38,723 nt of DNA, taken from NCBI GenBank assembly GCA_022729615.1, contig DZAQ01000003.1, positions 1 to 38,723 on the forward strand. The letters are read 5' to 3'. The notes below the pieces were generated by a model. It was not told the DNA's origin. It did not search any database and worked only from the letters and a program-made list of their open reading frames with translations. Of the stretch, positions 28,193-37,172 are shown piece by piece. The stretch comes from Sulfurovum sp. (GTDB taxonomy: Bacteria > Campylobacterota > Campylobacteria > Campylobacterales > Sulfurovaceae). Each line of letters begins with the position of its first letter. The stretch's first letter is position 1. Both the position numbers and the translations under genes were made by a program.

Positions 28193-29704
28193 ATGCAAAT
28201 CCCTTTTCTTAAGGATGTCAACCTAGAGCCTCTCTGGCTTGAGGAGATTGATCATAGGCTTGCAATGAGACACTCCTTGCTATTCGCAACAATCGATGGC
28301 GAAAGATCTGCAATAATGACAGAAGAGAGACTTGCCGAGGGGCTCAACCACCTCTCCAAGCTTCGATTGGGCTACCCGCTCTATCTTGTGGATAGCGAGA
28401 GCTTTGAACGGCTGACAAACAAATTTTTGGAGATACAGACAAGCAGTGATTTTGATGCCATTTCGACCACCTCTGATGAGTTGATCGAGGTCGAGTCGGA
28501 TCTGCTCAAATTTATCCAAAACTCGCAAGATCTCCTCTCTAGCGAAGCAAGCGCGCCTATCATTAAACTTGTCAACTCGCTCTTCTTTCAAGCTATCAAA
28601 AAGAGTGCCAGTGATATCCATATCGAGTCAGCCGAGCACAAAGGAGAGGTGCGCTTGCGTATCGATGGGGCGCTCAAAAAACATATCGATCTTGAGAGAA
28701 ATATCGCTGCCCTTGTCATCAACCGTATCAAAGTCATCTCCAATTTGGATATCTCAGAAAAGAGGGTTCCGCAAGATGGACGGACACAAATCACAATCGC
28801 CGGAAAATCTATTGATGTAAGGGTTTCGATACTGCCGACATACTATGGAGAACGCGTTGTGATGAGGATACTCATGCAGAGTGAAAATATTCCGACACTT
28901 GAAGCGCTTGGCTTCAAAAAAGAGTTGACAGAGCAATTTTACAAGCTCCTCAACTACTCTCACGGCATGATACTTGTCACAGGTCCGACCGGCTCGGGCA
29001 AATCAACCACGCTCCACTCCTTTTTGCAGCACATTGCGACACCGGACAAGAACATCATCACCATAGAAGACCCGGTTGAATACAACGCCGGCAATATCAA
29101 TCAAATACAGGTCAATCCAAAAGTTGGACTCTCGTTTGCATCCGGATTGCGGTCGATTTTGCGTCAAGACCCTGATGTCATCATGGTGGGAGAGGTTCGT
29201 GACGGTGAAACGGCTCAAATCGCGATCCAATCAGCGCTTACAGGGCATTTACTCCTCACCACACTCCACACCAATGATGCAACCTCCTCTTTGACGAGAC
29301 TCATGGATATGGGAATTGCCGATTATCTTCTCAGCTCCACCCTGTTGGGTGTTTTGGCGCAACGGCTCGCAAGAAAACTCTGCCCGGAATGCAAAAAACA
29401 GACACTTCTTGCGCCTCACATTCTGAAGGATTTGCAGCTCCCAAGCGATGGTATCTACTTTGCGGCTCATGGATGCAAAGTATGTGATTTTACGGGCTAC
29501 AAGGGGCGCCAGGCTGTCGGGGAGCTTTTTTTGCTTGATGATGCCGTCAAAGATATGCTCAAAAGAGGGCTCAATGACCACGAGATCAGAGAGTCAATGA
29601 AAAGAGGTGGGATGCAAACCATTTCCGACAAGCTCAAAGAGATGCTCGCGGAGGGCATCACTAGCTATGAAGAGGCTTTGAGAGTCGGCGTCATGGATCA
29701 CTAA
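28193..29704 (+). CDS. gspE: Type II secretion ATPase GspE
   Basis: 503 aa. Walker A GPTGSGKSTT, Walker B DPDVIMVGEVRD, His box GHLLLTTLHTND, and the tetracysteine motif CPECKK...GCKVCDFTGYKGR. Confidence 0.92.
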   Translation: MQIPFLKDVNLEPLWLEEIDHRLAMRHSLLFATIDGERSAIMTEERLAEGLNHLSKLRLGYPLYLVDSESFERLTNKFLEIQTSSDFDAISTTSDELIEVESDLLKFIQNSQDLLSSEASAPIIKLVNSLFFQAIKKSASDIHIESAEHKGEVRLRIDGALKKHIDLERNIAALVINRIKVISNLDISEKRVPQDGRTQITIAGKSIDVRVSILPTYYGERVVMRILMQSENIPTLEALGFKKELTEQFYKLLNYSHGMILVTGPTGSGKSTTLHSFLQHIATPDKNIITIEDPVEYNAGNINQIQVNPKVGLSFASGLRSILRQDPDVIMVGEVRDGETAQIAIQSALTGHLLLTTLHTNDATSSLTRLMDMGIADYLLSSTLLGVLAQRLARKLCPECKKQTLLAPHILKDLQLPSDGIYFAAHGCKVCDFTGYKGRQAVGELFLLDDAVKDMLKRGLNDHEIRESMKRGGMQTISDKLKEMLAEGITSYEEALRVGVMDH

Positions 29705-30297
29705 TGAGACGAAGAGAGGCATTTACGCTCATTGAACTGCTTATCTCGATCGCTCTGCTCTCTTTGATACTTTTGGCGCTCTACAAAAGCCTTGGACTCT
29801 TGCAAAACTCCAATCTGCAGCTTTTTCAATACCTCAAGAAGAGCGCCGAAGAGAATCTTGTCTCCAAAACACTCTTTTTGGATATCACCGGCTCTGATGG
29901 AAATATCACTATCGATGGCGATGAGTTTTCAAGACTTTGCATAGAAAATACCATCAATTCACTCCATGAACTCCCAAGTGCCAAGGTGTGCTGGGTTGTT
30001 GCCAAAGAGGGGAATCAACTCCTTCGAAGCGAGGGCAACAACTACACTCTTCCGCTCTCGACCAATAGCCGTATAAGCGTAGATGCGACACTCAAAGATA
30101 TAGATCACTTTAGAGTCTATAGGCAAAAAGATGGTGTTCTGATACTTTTGCGGCAAAAGAATAAAAAACCTATCAGTTTTCTCGTCCAAGGAGTTGCCGA
30201 ACCAGCTCAGCCGGGAGCCAAAGAGCTCCAAAATCCTGCCAAGAAACAAAAAATCGCCCCCAAATCTCTGCCGCCTGTGCCAAATCAAAATCCATAA
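29704..30297 (+). CDS. Minor pseudopilin (GspJ-like by size) with a Pro/Lys/Gln-rich C-terminal tail
   Basis: 197 aa. MRRREAFTLIELLISIALLSLILLALY. The ATG overlaps the gspE TAA by 1 nt (TAATG). Confidence 0.7.
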   Translation: MRRREAFTLIELLISIALLSLILLALYKSLGLLQNSNLQLFQYLKKSAEENLVSKTLFLDITGSDGNITIDGDEFSRLCIENTINSLHELPSAKVCWVVAKEGNQLLRSEGNNYTLPLSTNSRISVDATLKDIDHFRVYRQKDGVLILLRQKNKKPISFLVQGVAEPAQPGAKELQNPAKKQKIAPKSLPPVPNQNP

Positions 30298-30393
30298 AAA
30301 TCCAACAGCAAGGCATTTTGCACACAAAGCAAAACATCAGTTTTTAAAATATAATCTCATGCGAGTTTGCATTTAAATTGGCAACTTTTAGTG

Positions 30394-30399
30394 TATAAT
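30394..30399 (+). promoter_or_regulatory. Candidate -10 (TATAAT) for gltA
   Basis: TTTTAGTGTATAAT lies 25 nt upstream of the ATG at 30424. A second TATAAT is at 30350-30355. Confidence 0.35.
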
Positions 30400-30423
30400 A
30401 ATTCACCCACGAAGGAGGAAATA

Positions 30424-31710
30424 ATGAGTACGGAAAACAGCATAACTATTATTGATAATCGCTCACAGAAGCAGTATAATTACCCTATTTTGGACGGGAG
30501 CCGCGGTCCAAGCGTTGTCGATATCCGAAGTTTTTTCAAAGATACCGATCTCTTTACTTTTGACCCCGGCTATACTTCTACAGCCAGCTGTCAATCAACC
30601 ATCACCTATATTGACGGCGACAAAGGAGAGTTGCGATATCGCGGTATTCCTATTGAAGATTTGGCAGAGGAGCATACTTATCTGGAGAGCTGTTTTCTTC
30701 TTCTTTATGGTCATTTGCCCTCCGCGGAAGAGCTGCAAAACTTTGATTTGGAGATCCGTCACAGGGCTTTCATTCCTGAGGGGATTCGTCATCTCTATTC
30801 GGCATTTCCCGACTTTGCACACCCCATGTCCACGCTGAGCGCTTCGGTGACGGCACTCTCTGCATTTTATAGCGAACATCTCGAGCTTGGCAATGAAGAA
30901 GATTACGGTGCAATGGCACACCGTATCCTCGCCAAGATACCAACCTTGGCAGCTTTTGCCTACAGACACTTCAAAGGGATCCCATTCATTCAGCCCAATA
31001 TCGACCTTAGCTTTACGGAAAATTTTCTTATGATGATGCGCGCATACCCGGGCGGCAAAATGAAGCTGGGCAAAAACGGACACGAGTCTATCACGCCGCT
31101 AGAGGTCAGAGCGCTCGATACTATATTTACACTTCATGCCGATCATGAGCAAAATGCCTCCACAACTGTAGTGCGGGGAGTTGCCTCCACCGGCGCACAC
31201 CCCTATGTGGCCATCTCTTCGGGGATAGCGGCGCTCTGGGGAAGAGCACATGGCGGCGCCAATGAATCTGTCATCGCCCAGCTCACCATGATAGGCTCCG
31301 TGGATCGCGTAGATGCATTTATTGCCAGAGTCAAAGACCCGAATGACCCCTTTAAGCTGATGGGCTTTGGGCATCGCGTCTATAAAACTTTTGACCCGCG
31401 AGCCAAAATCCTCAAAAAACTTCAAGACCAGCTCAAAGAGGAGCTGAACCTAGATTCCAATCTTCTTCAGATCGCGCAGCGTATCGAGGAGATAGCGCTG
31501 GGGGACGAATACTTCATCTCGAGAAATCTCTATCCGAATATTGATTTTTATTCGGGTGTCATACTCACTGCCCTGAAGATACCCAGAGAGATGTTTACCC
31601 CTATTTTTGTGATTGGCAGAACAGTGGGGTGGATCGCACAGTGGAGCGAGTTCAAAAAAGACCCGATGTCAAAAATCGCGCGCCCAAGACAACTCTACAC
31701 AGGAAAGTAG
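30424..31710 (+). CDS. gltA: Citrate synthase
   Basis: The start is set at ATG 30424 (MSTENSITIID...), preceded by GAAGGAGGA. Signature blocks LHADHEQNAST and GFGHRVYKTFDPR. Confidence 0.92.
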   Translation: MSTENSITIIDNRSQKQYNYPILDGSRGPSVVDIRSFFKDTDLFTFDPGYTSTASCQSTITYIDGDKGELRYRGIPIEDLAEEHTYLESCFLLLYGHLPSAEELQNFDLEIRHRAFIPEGIRHLYSAFPDFAHPMSTLSASVTALSAFYSEHLELGNEEDYGAMAHRILAKIPTLAAFAYRHFKGIPFIQPNIDLSFTENFLMMMRAYPGGKMKLGKNGHESITPLEVRALDTIFTLHADHEQNASTTVVRGVASTGAHPYVAISSGIAALWGRAHGGANESVIAQLTMIGSVDRVDAFIARVKDPNDPFKLMGFGHRVYKTFDPRAKILKKLQDQLKEELNLDSNLLQIAQRIEEIALGDEYFISRNLYPNIDFYSGVILTALKIPREMFTPIFVIGRTVGWIAQWSEFKKDPMSKIARPRQLYTGK

Positions 31711-31724
31711 CGATTTCACAAGAG

Positions 31725-31747
31725 GGGTTGCAGCCTACTGGCAGCCC
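31725..31747. terminator. Shared hairpin at the convergent gltA/nrdA junction
   Basis: GGGUUGC-(9 nt)-GCAGCCC, a 7-bp stem with one G.U on the plus RNA. It spans the nrdA stop codon and has no clear U tract on either strand. Confidence 0.3.
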
Positions 31748-34110
31748 AAACACTCTTGACTTCTATCTTCGACGCCATCAGCCTCTTGAACCGCTTCTGG
31801 CGATTGGCTTCTGAGATAGTAGGTTGATTTGAGTCCATATTTCCAAGCGTCCATATAGATATCATTGAGATACTTTCCGCTTGCCTTATCGAGCGAAACA
31901 AAGATATTCAGACTCTGCCCCTGATCTATCCACTTTTGACGGATCGCTCCTGCCTTGATGAGGAGCCGCTGATCTATCTCATAGCTTGGCGTGTAGTACT
32001 GCCAAGTTTGCGCTGAGAGATTTGGCACTACGACCGGTATCATGCCGGAGAGATTCTCCTCGAACCATTTTCGCTTATAGACAGGTTCGATCGCTTGTGT
32101 GGTGCCCGTGAGGATAGAGATGGAGCTGGTTGGTGCGATCGCCATCAGATAGCCATTGCGCATTCCGTCATTTTTGACCCTCTCCTTGAGCTCTGTCCAG
32201 TCGTAGTTGTATCCGAAAAGTCCGCCCCTATCTACCAGCTTGCAAGCCTCTTTATTTGCTTTATCTATAGGAAAAATACCCTTATGCCAATCAGAGCCTT
32301 CAAATGTCGGATAGACACCCTTTTCAAGGGCAAGATCGCTTGAAGCCCGAATCGCATGATAGCTCACAGCCTCCATCAACTCATCGATTTTATTGAAATG
32401 GTCATAGCTTCCCCACGCGATAGCCTGCTCAGCAAGCATCTGTGCCTCACCCATGACACCCAAGCCGATAGCGCGTGTCTTGGAGTTCGTTTTTTTGACC
32501 TTGGCAAGCGGATAAAAGTTGAGGTCTATCACATTGTCCAGCATGCGTACCGCCGTAGGGACAACGCGGGCTATATCCTCAAGCGTATTGATCTTCGAGA
32601 GATTGATAGAGGCGAGGTTACAAACTGCCGTATCGCCATCCTCTCTCTGCTTTTGCGTTATCCACACCTGTTTCCCGTTGATCGAATCTAGCGCGGTTAT
32701 CTTCTTGCCGGGCTTGGTCATGCCATTATCGACTCGCACCATCGTGTTTTCTTCAAAGATATCAAATGTGCCGTCATCATAGACTATCTTGATCCGGTAA
32801 TGGTTCGGGGATGTATTTTGGAAAATCTCCGTGCAGAGATTGCTGCTTCTTATCACCCCTGTATGTTTGTTTGGATTGCAGATATTGGCTGCATCCTTGA
32901 ATGTCAAAAAAGGACTTCCGGTCTCAAAGTAGCTTCGAAGAATCTCTTTCCACAATCCTTTGGCAGAGATACTCTCTTTGGAGAGAGACTCATCATGCTC
33001 CATCTCTTCATATCTTTTCCTGAAGGCATCACCGTATAGCTCTGAGAGTTCGCTTGCCTCAAAGGGATCAAAGAGTGTCCACCGACCATCCTCTTCTATG
33101 CGCTGCATAAAGAGGTCGTTGATCCAAAGTGCCGGGAAGAGATCATGTGCTCTTCTGCGCTCCTCACCGGAATTTTTCTTGAGATCCAAAAAGTCTCTGA
33201 TATCTATATGCCAAGGCTCAAGATAGACTGCGATAGCGCCTTTGCGCGTACCGAGCTGATCGACCGCTACGGCAATATCGTTGGTCATCTTCAAAAACGG
33301 GATGATGCCGCCTGCCGCGTGTTTGTGCCCATCGATAAACGAGCCCATTCCCCTCACAAGCGACCAATCCCAGCCGATACCGCCGCCAAATTTTGAGAGG
33401 AGCGCCATCTCTTTGTATCCATCGAAAATACCCTCGATGGTATCCGGAGTTGATCCGATATAGCAAGAGCTGAGCTGGTGTCTTGGTGTGCGGGCATTGG
33501 AGAGTGTCGGAGTAGCTGCCATCACTTCGAATTTGCTCAATATATCATAGAATTTTTTTGCCCAAGTTTGAGAGTCAAACTCATTTTGCGCCAAAAACAT
33601 AGCCACAGCCATAAAGAGATGCTGCGGCAGCTCTATCGGGTGTCCGCTTTTGTCTTTGATCAAGTAGCGGTCATAGAGTGTGCGGATACCAAGATAGTTG
33701 AACTGCAAATCCCGCTCGGGTCTGATATAGCCATCGAGATCGTCGAGATCGTACTTCTCTTTGAGCCCAAGCACGATGCGCCCCTCCGCTTCGCCTCGCT
33801 CCATATACTCTCGAAGATGATTGTAGCCTGTCCTGCCCGCAACCTTATGGTAGAGATCGTACAAAAATAGCCTTGCCGCAACAAAGGTCCAATCAGGTCT
33901 ATCCACATCTATCTTGTCAACGGCTGTCTTGATAAGGGTCAGTTGTATCTCTTCAGTTGTGATCATATCTCTAAATTGGAGCTTCGCATCTACCTCCAAT
34001 TCACTCTGACTCACCCCGCTGAGCCCTTCTACCGCTTCAGAGGTATATTTTTGGATTTTTGTCACATCCAGCGCTTCGACTCTGCCATTGCGTTTTACTA
34101 CTCTTATCAT
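31735..34110 (-). CDS. nrdA: Class Ia ribonucleoside-diphosphate reductase alpha subunit
   Basis: N-terminal ATP-cone (VVKRNGRVEALDVTKIQ), active-site SSNLCTEI, C-terminal redox pair ECLGCQ. The start is set at the first ATG (34110); the ORF-track start at 34134 is TTG. Confidence 0.92.
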   Translation of the reverse strand: MIRVVKRNGRVEALDVTKIQKYTSEAVEGLSGVSQSELEVDAKLQFRDMITTEEIQLTLIKTAVDKIDVDRPDWTFVAARLFLYDLYHKVAGRTGYNHLREYMERGEAEGRIVLGLKEKYDLDDLDGYIRPERDLQFNYLGIRTLYDRYLIKDKSGHPIELPQHLFMAVAMFLAQNEFDSQTWAKKFYDILSKFEVMAATPTLSNARTPRHQLSSCYIGSTPDTIEGIFDGYKEMALLSKFGGGIGWDWSLVRGMGSFIDGHKHAAGGIIPFLKMTNDIAVAVDQLGTRKGAIAVYLEPWHIDIRDFLDLKKNSGEERRRAHDLFPALWINDLFMQRIEEDGRWTLFDPFEASELSELYGDAFRKRYEEMEHDESLSKESISAKGLWKEILRSYFETGSPFLTFKDAANICNPNKHTGVIRSSNLCTEIFQNTSPNHYRIKIVYDDGTFDIFEENTMVRVDNGMTKPGKKITALDSINGKQVWITQKQREDGDTAVCNLASINLSKINTLEDIARVVPTAVRMLDNVIDLNFYPLAKVKKTNSKTRAIGLGVMGEAQMLAEQAIAWGSYDHFNKIDELMEAVSYHAIRASSDLALEKGVYPTFEGSDWHKGIFPIDKANKEACKLVDRGGLFGYNYDWTELKERVKNDGMRNGYLMAIAPTSSISILTGTTQAIEPVYKRKWFEENLSGMIPVVVPNLSAQTWQYYTPSYEIDQRLLIKAGAIRQKWIDQGQSLNIFVSLDKASGKYLNDIYMDAWKYGLKSTYYLRSQSPEAVQEADGVEDRSQECLGCQ

Positions 34111-34232
34111 CGCCAACCTATCATAAAAAATCAAGAAATCAAGAGAGATAGTACTATTATTTTGTTAAAATTTTCCATAAGACAACCGGAAAAACTCTTC
34201 TGATTCCTCTGTGGTATTTCATACAATATCGC

Positions 34233-34238
34233 TATAAT
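34233..34238 (+). promoter_or_regulatory. Candidate -10 (TATAAT) for gspF
   Basis: TCGCTATAAT lies 34 nt upstream of the ATG at 34272. Confidence 0.35.
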
Positions 34239-34271
34239 AGTGACTTCAGATCGTAGTGGATGGGGAGTATA

Positions 34272-35489
34272 ATGCTTTTTAAATACAAAGGGGTAGAGCG
34301 AACCGGCAAGAGTATCAAAGGTACGCTCACAGCCGGCACTATCGAAGAGGCAAAACAAAAACTTCAAGCGCAATCGATCTATTATCAGACGCTTGAACCT
34401 GCACGCACACTCTCCCTTGATGCCCTCTCAAAGCGCCAAATACCCGGTACGCTGCTGAGTAGTTTTGCCAGAGAGCTCTCCTCATATCTAGGCTCCGGGA
34501 TGGCGCTTCTCACCGCGATCAAACTCCTCGAAAATCAACATAGCAACGAAAAGCGCTATAGCCATTTTCTCGATGGCGTCAAAACCCTGATCGAAGAGGG
34601 GCAGTCACTTTTCCAAGCATTGAGCCATCAAGGGGTCTATGCGCTGCCGGAGTTCTTTCTCCAAAGTATCAATATAGCCGGACAAAGCGGAAAACTAGCC
34701 GAAGTGCTCACCAATATGGGCAACTTCTTCTCTGCTCAGAGCAAAATCAAAAAGCAAGTCGGCAATGCTATCGCCTATCCTCTTTTTATCTTCATCGTTG
34801 CGATCGGAATGAGCGGTTTTTTGATCACATTTGTCGTACCCAAGATCACAGCTATCTTCAAAGATACCGGTCAGGAGCTGCCGCCGATCACACAGTTTGT
34901 TTTGGCGACAAGCGACTTTTTGATCGCGCACTACATTGCCATTTTGACAGGAATAATAGTATTTGTACTAGGATACCAATGGCTCTACCGCAAAAATAGC
35001 TATTTCAAAAAAATGATTGATACCCTCTTGCTTCACATCCCTATTCTTGGGACGCTGATCCAAAACTATGAATTGGGACGCTTCAGCTACACACTCTCAT
35101 TGATGCTTGCCTCGGGTGTTTCGTATGCACATGGGGTCGGACTCGCCGTTACTACCTTCAACAACAGCGCACTCAAAAGCCGCTTTGAAGGGGCATCCAA
35201 GAGGGTTATCGAGGGCAACAAACTCTCCAATGCACTTTCGTTGACTCCCGGCATACCGCTCAAGCGGAACTTCATGCAGGCATTGGCGCTCGGGGAGGAG
35301 TCGAGCGAAGTCGCCAATATACTTCAAAATATCTCCCACCTCTACCAAGAGGAGAATGAGGATCGCCTCAAACTCCTGCTGAGCCTTCTTGAACCGGTCA
35401 TGATGCTTTTGATCGGGTTGATCGTAGGGATCATAGTCACAGCGATGCTTTTGCCTATTTTCAGCATGAGTTTGGGACCACAGAGTTGA
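34272..35489 (+). CDS. gspF: Type II secretion inner-membrane platform protein GspF
   Basis: 405 aa from ATG 34272 (MLFKYKG...; GGGGAG is 4 nt upstream; an alternative ATG is at 34260). Two tandem T2SS-F repeats, each ending in TM segments. C-terminus LLPIFSMS. Confidence 0.88.
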   Translation: MLFKYKGVERTGKSIKGTLTAGTIEEAKQKLQAQSIYYQTLEPARTLSLDALSKRQIPGTLLSSFARELSSYLGSGMALLTAIKLLENQHSNEKRYSHFLDGVKTLIEEGQSLFQALSHQGVYALPEFFLQSINIAGQSGKLAEVLTNMGNFFSAQSKIKKQVGNAIAYPLFIFIVAIGMSGFLITFVVPKITAIFKDTGQELPPITQFVLATSDFLIAHYIAILTGIIVFVLGYQWLYRKNSYFKKMIDTLLLHIPILGTLIQNYELGRFSYTLSLMLASGVSYAHGVGLAVTTFNNSALKSRFEGASKRVIEGNKLSNALSLTPGIPLKRNFMQALALGEESSEVANILQNISHLYQEENEDRLKLLLSLLEPVMMLLIGLIVGIIVTAMLLPIFSMSLGPQS

Positions 35490-35505
35490 CACGGAGGAGG
35501 AGAGG

Positions 35506-36018
35506 ATGACAAAACCGAGACGCTTCCGCGATGTCAAACAAAAAAAAGCCCCGCCAAAGGAGTTGGAGCGTGCACAATCCTCTTTGGCACAATCTCTTGC
35601 TTATGCATCGATCGGGAGCAAATCAAAAGCCTTTATTACTGACCTTTTTATGCTGCTTATGCCCATTATGTATAGTGTAGCATATCTGATGATGGGCAGT
35701 CTTGAAGAGTTTTCCAAACACAAAGCAGAGGGGTGGTTCTCTATCTTGATCCCCAATTTCATCATAGTCTTTCTCTTCTTTTGGCGAAGCGGACAAACTC
35801 CGGGCTGCAAAGCGTACAACCTCAGACTTGTAGATAACAAAACAGGCTCCAAGGCACATCCTCTCGCAATCGTACTGCGCTACTTTTTTGAAATTCTATC
35901 AATCGTGACACTCGCCGGTCTGCTTCTTGCATTTTTTAGAAAAGATCGCAAATGCCTTCATGATCTCCTCTCCGGTACCGCCCTCATAGAGATACAAAAC
36001 ACCCAAAAGAGCTCTTGA
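35506..36018 (+). CDS. RDD-family membrane protein
   Basis: 170 aa. Basic N-terminus, TM helices, ...RSGQTPGCKAYNLRLVD... and ...CLHDLLSGT.... AGGAGGAGAGG precedes the ATG. Confidence 0.7.
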   Translation: MTKPRRFRDVKQKKAPPKELERAQSSLAQSLAYASIGSKSKAFITDLFMLLMPIMYSVAYLMMGSLEEFSKHKAEGWFSILIPNFIIVFLFFWRSGQTPGCKAYNLRLVDNKTGSKAHPLAIVLRYFFEILSIVTLAGLLLAFFRKDRKCLHDLLSGTALIEIQNTQKSS

Positions 36019-37172
36019 TGAGGCGGATTCAAAGCCTCCGTTTGGTCAAGCCTGAGATTCCTCTTGCGCTTTTTTATTTTTTTTATTTCTCTCTAGTGGG
36101 AATCTATGTTATTTTTTTGCCAAAGATTTTGCTTGATTTTAACTACAGCAATGCCGAAGTGGGGATAATTTTTGCCGCGGCTCCGCTGATGCGCTTTTTC
36201 ATTCCTTTTGCCTTTCTCAGATTTGTTTCGCTTGACCATAGAGTCTTTTTGCTCTCTCTTCTTTTGACATTTATAGGCACTTGTCTCTTTGTAGTAACTG
36301 TTGAAAATTTTTGGCTCTACCTCCTCGCCAATCTCCTTTTCGGTTCAGCCGTAGGAGTATCACTGCCTTATGTAGAGACGATAGCGCTCAAGACGCTCTC
36401 GAAGAGCCGCTACGGAAAGGTTCGGCTCTATGGGTCTATCGGATTTGTAGCGATTGCCTTATGGCTTGGGAAAGTCTTGACGACCCCTTACGAAGGGCTC
36501 TATTATCTCATTGCAACGGCTCTCTTTACTCTTTTTGCAGGCGGCTGCGTAGCCCTGCTCGACGGTGAGACAAAATGCGAAACACATGAGGAGAACCGCG
36601 CCTTCTCTTTGCTGCTCTATCCTTGGTTTTGGCTCAGTATGCTCCTTATGCAGATCAGCTTTGGGGGGTTTTATAGCTTTTTTACTATCTACGAAACCGG
36701 TCACGGCATCTCGCTGGAGATGACAAGCTGGCTGTGGAGCTTTGGGGTTGCGTGCGAAATTATTATGCTCTACTTCCAGGGACCGCTGCTCCAGAGAGAT
36801 CTGCTGCTGCTCTTGAAGATCGCCACATTTGCAGCCGTTATTCGGTGGCTGATCCTCTATCTCTTCCCGGAAACTTTGGTATTGACTTTTGTGGCACAGG
36901 CTCTGCATGCCGTCACTTTCGCGCTCTATTACACTGCGGCGATCTCCTATGTATTTACCCTTTATAGTCAAAAAGCCCTTGCGCAACAATTTTTTCTAGG
37001 TATCTCCTTTGGGCTTGGCGGCTCTATCGGAGCGTTCATCGCCGGGCAAGTCTATGGTAAAAATCTTTTTCTCGTCGAGGCGCTCTTCGCACTCTTCGCA
37101 CTCTTCGCACTCTTCGCGCACACCAAAAGAAAAATAGATCTCGCACGGGAGGCATCTTGCCATGCCCGATAA
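36018..37172 (+). CDS. MFS-type transporter (12-TM, MFS_1-like/HcaT-like), substrate unknown
   Basis: 384 aa from ATG 36018, which overlaps the RDD gene stop (TGATG). Hydrophobic throughout, with about 12 helices. Confidence 0.75.
   Translation: MRRIQSLRLVKPEIPLALFYFFYFSLVGIYVIFLPKILLDFNYSNAEVGIIFAAAPLMRFFIPFAFLRFVSLDHRVFLLSLLLTFIGTCLFVVTVENFWLYLLANLLFGSAVGVSLPYVETIALKTLSKSRYGKVRLYGSIGFVAIALWLGKVLTTPYEGLYYLIATALFTLFAGGCVALLDGETKCETHEENRAFSLLLYPWFWLSMLLMQISFGGFYSFFTIYETGHGISLEMTSWLWSFGVACEIIMLYFQGPLLQRDLLLLLKIATFAAVIRWLILYLFPETLVLTFVAQALHAVTFALYYTAAISYVFTLYSQKALAQQFFLGISFGLGGSIGAFIAGQVYGKNLFLVEALFALFALFALFAHTKRKIDLAREASCHAR
37080..37118 (+). repeat. In-frame 9-bp tandem repeat (GCR CTC TTC) x4, encoding (Ala-Leu-Phe)4
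   Basis: gcgctcttc, gcactcttc, gcactcttc, gcactcttc, gcg, read directly. It lies in the last predicted TM/C-terminus of the MFS gene. Confidence 0.9.

Noticed and set aside
30298-30360. A search for a terminator between the J-like pseudopilin gene and gltA.
   Set aside because: Only a 4-bp stem (GCAA...TTGC) was found. Read-through from the T2SS operon into gltA cannot be excluded, but no terminator can be supported.
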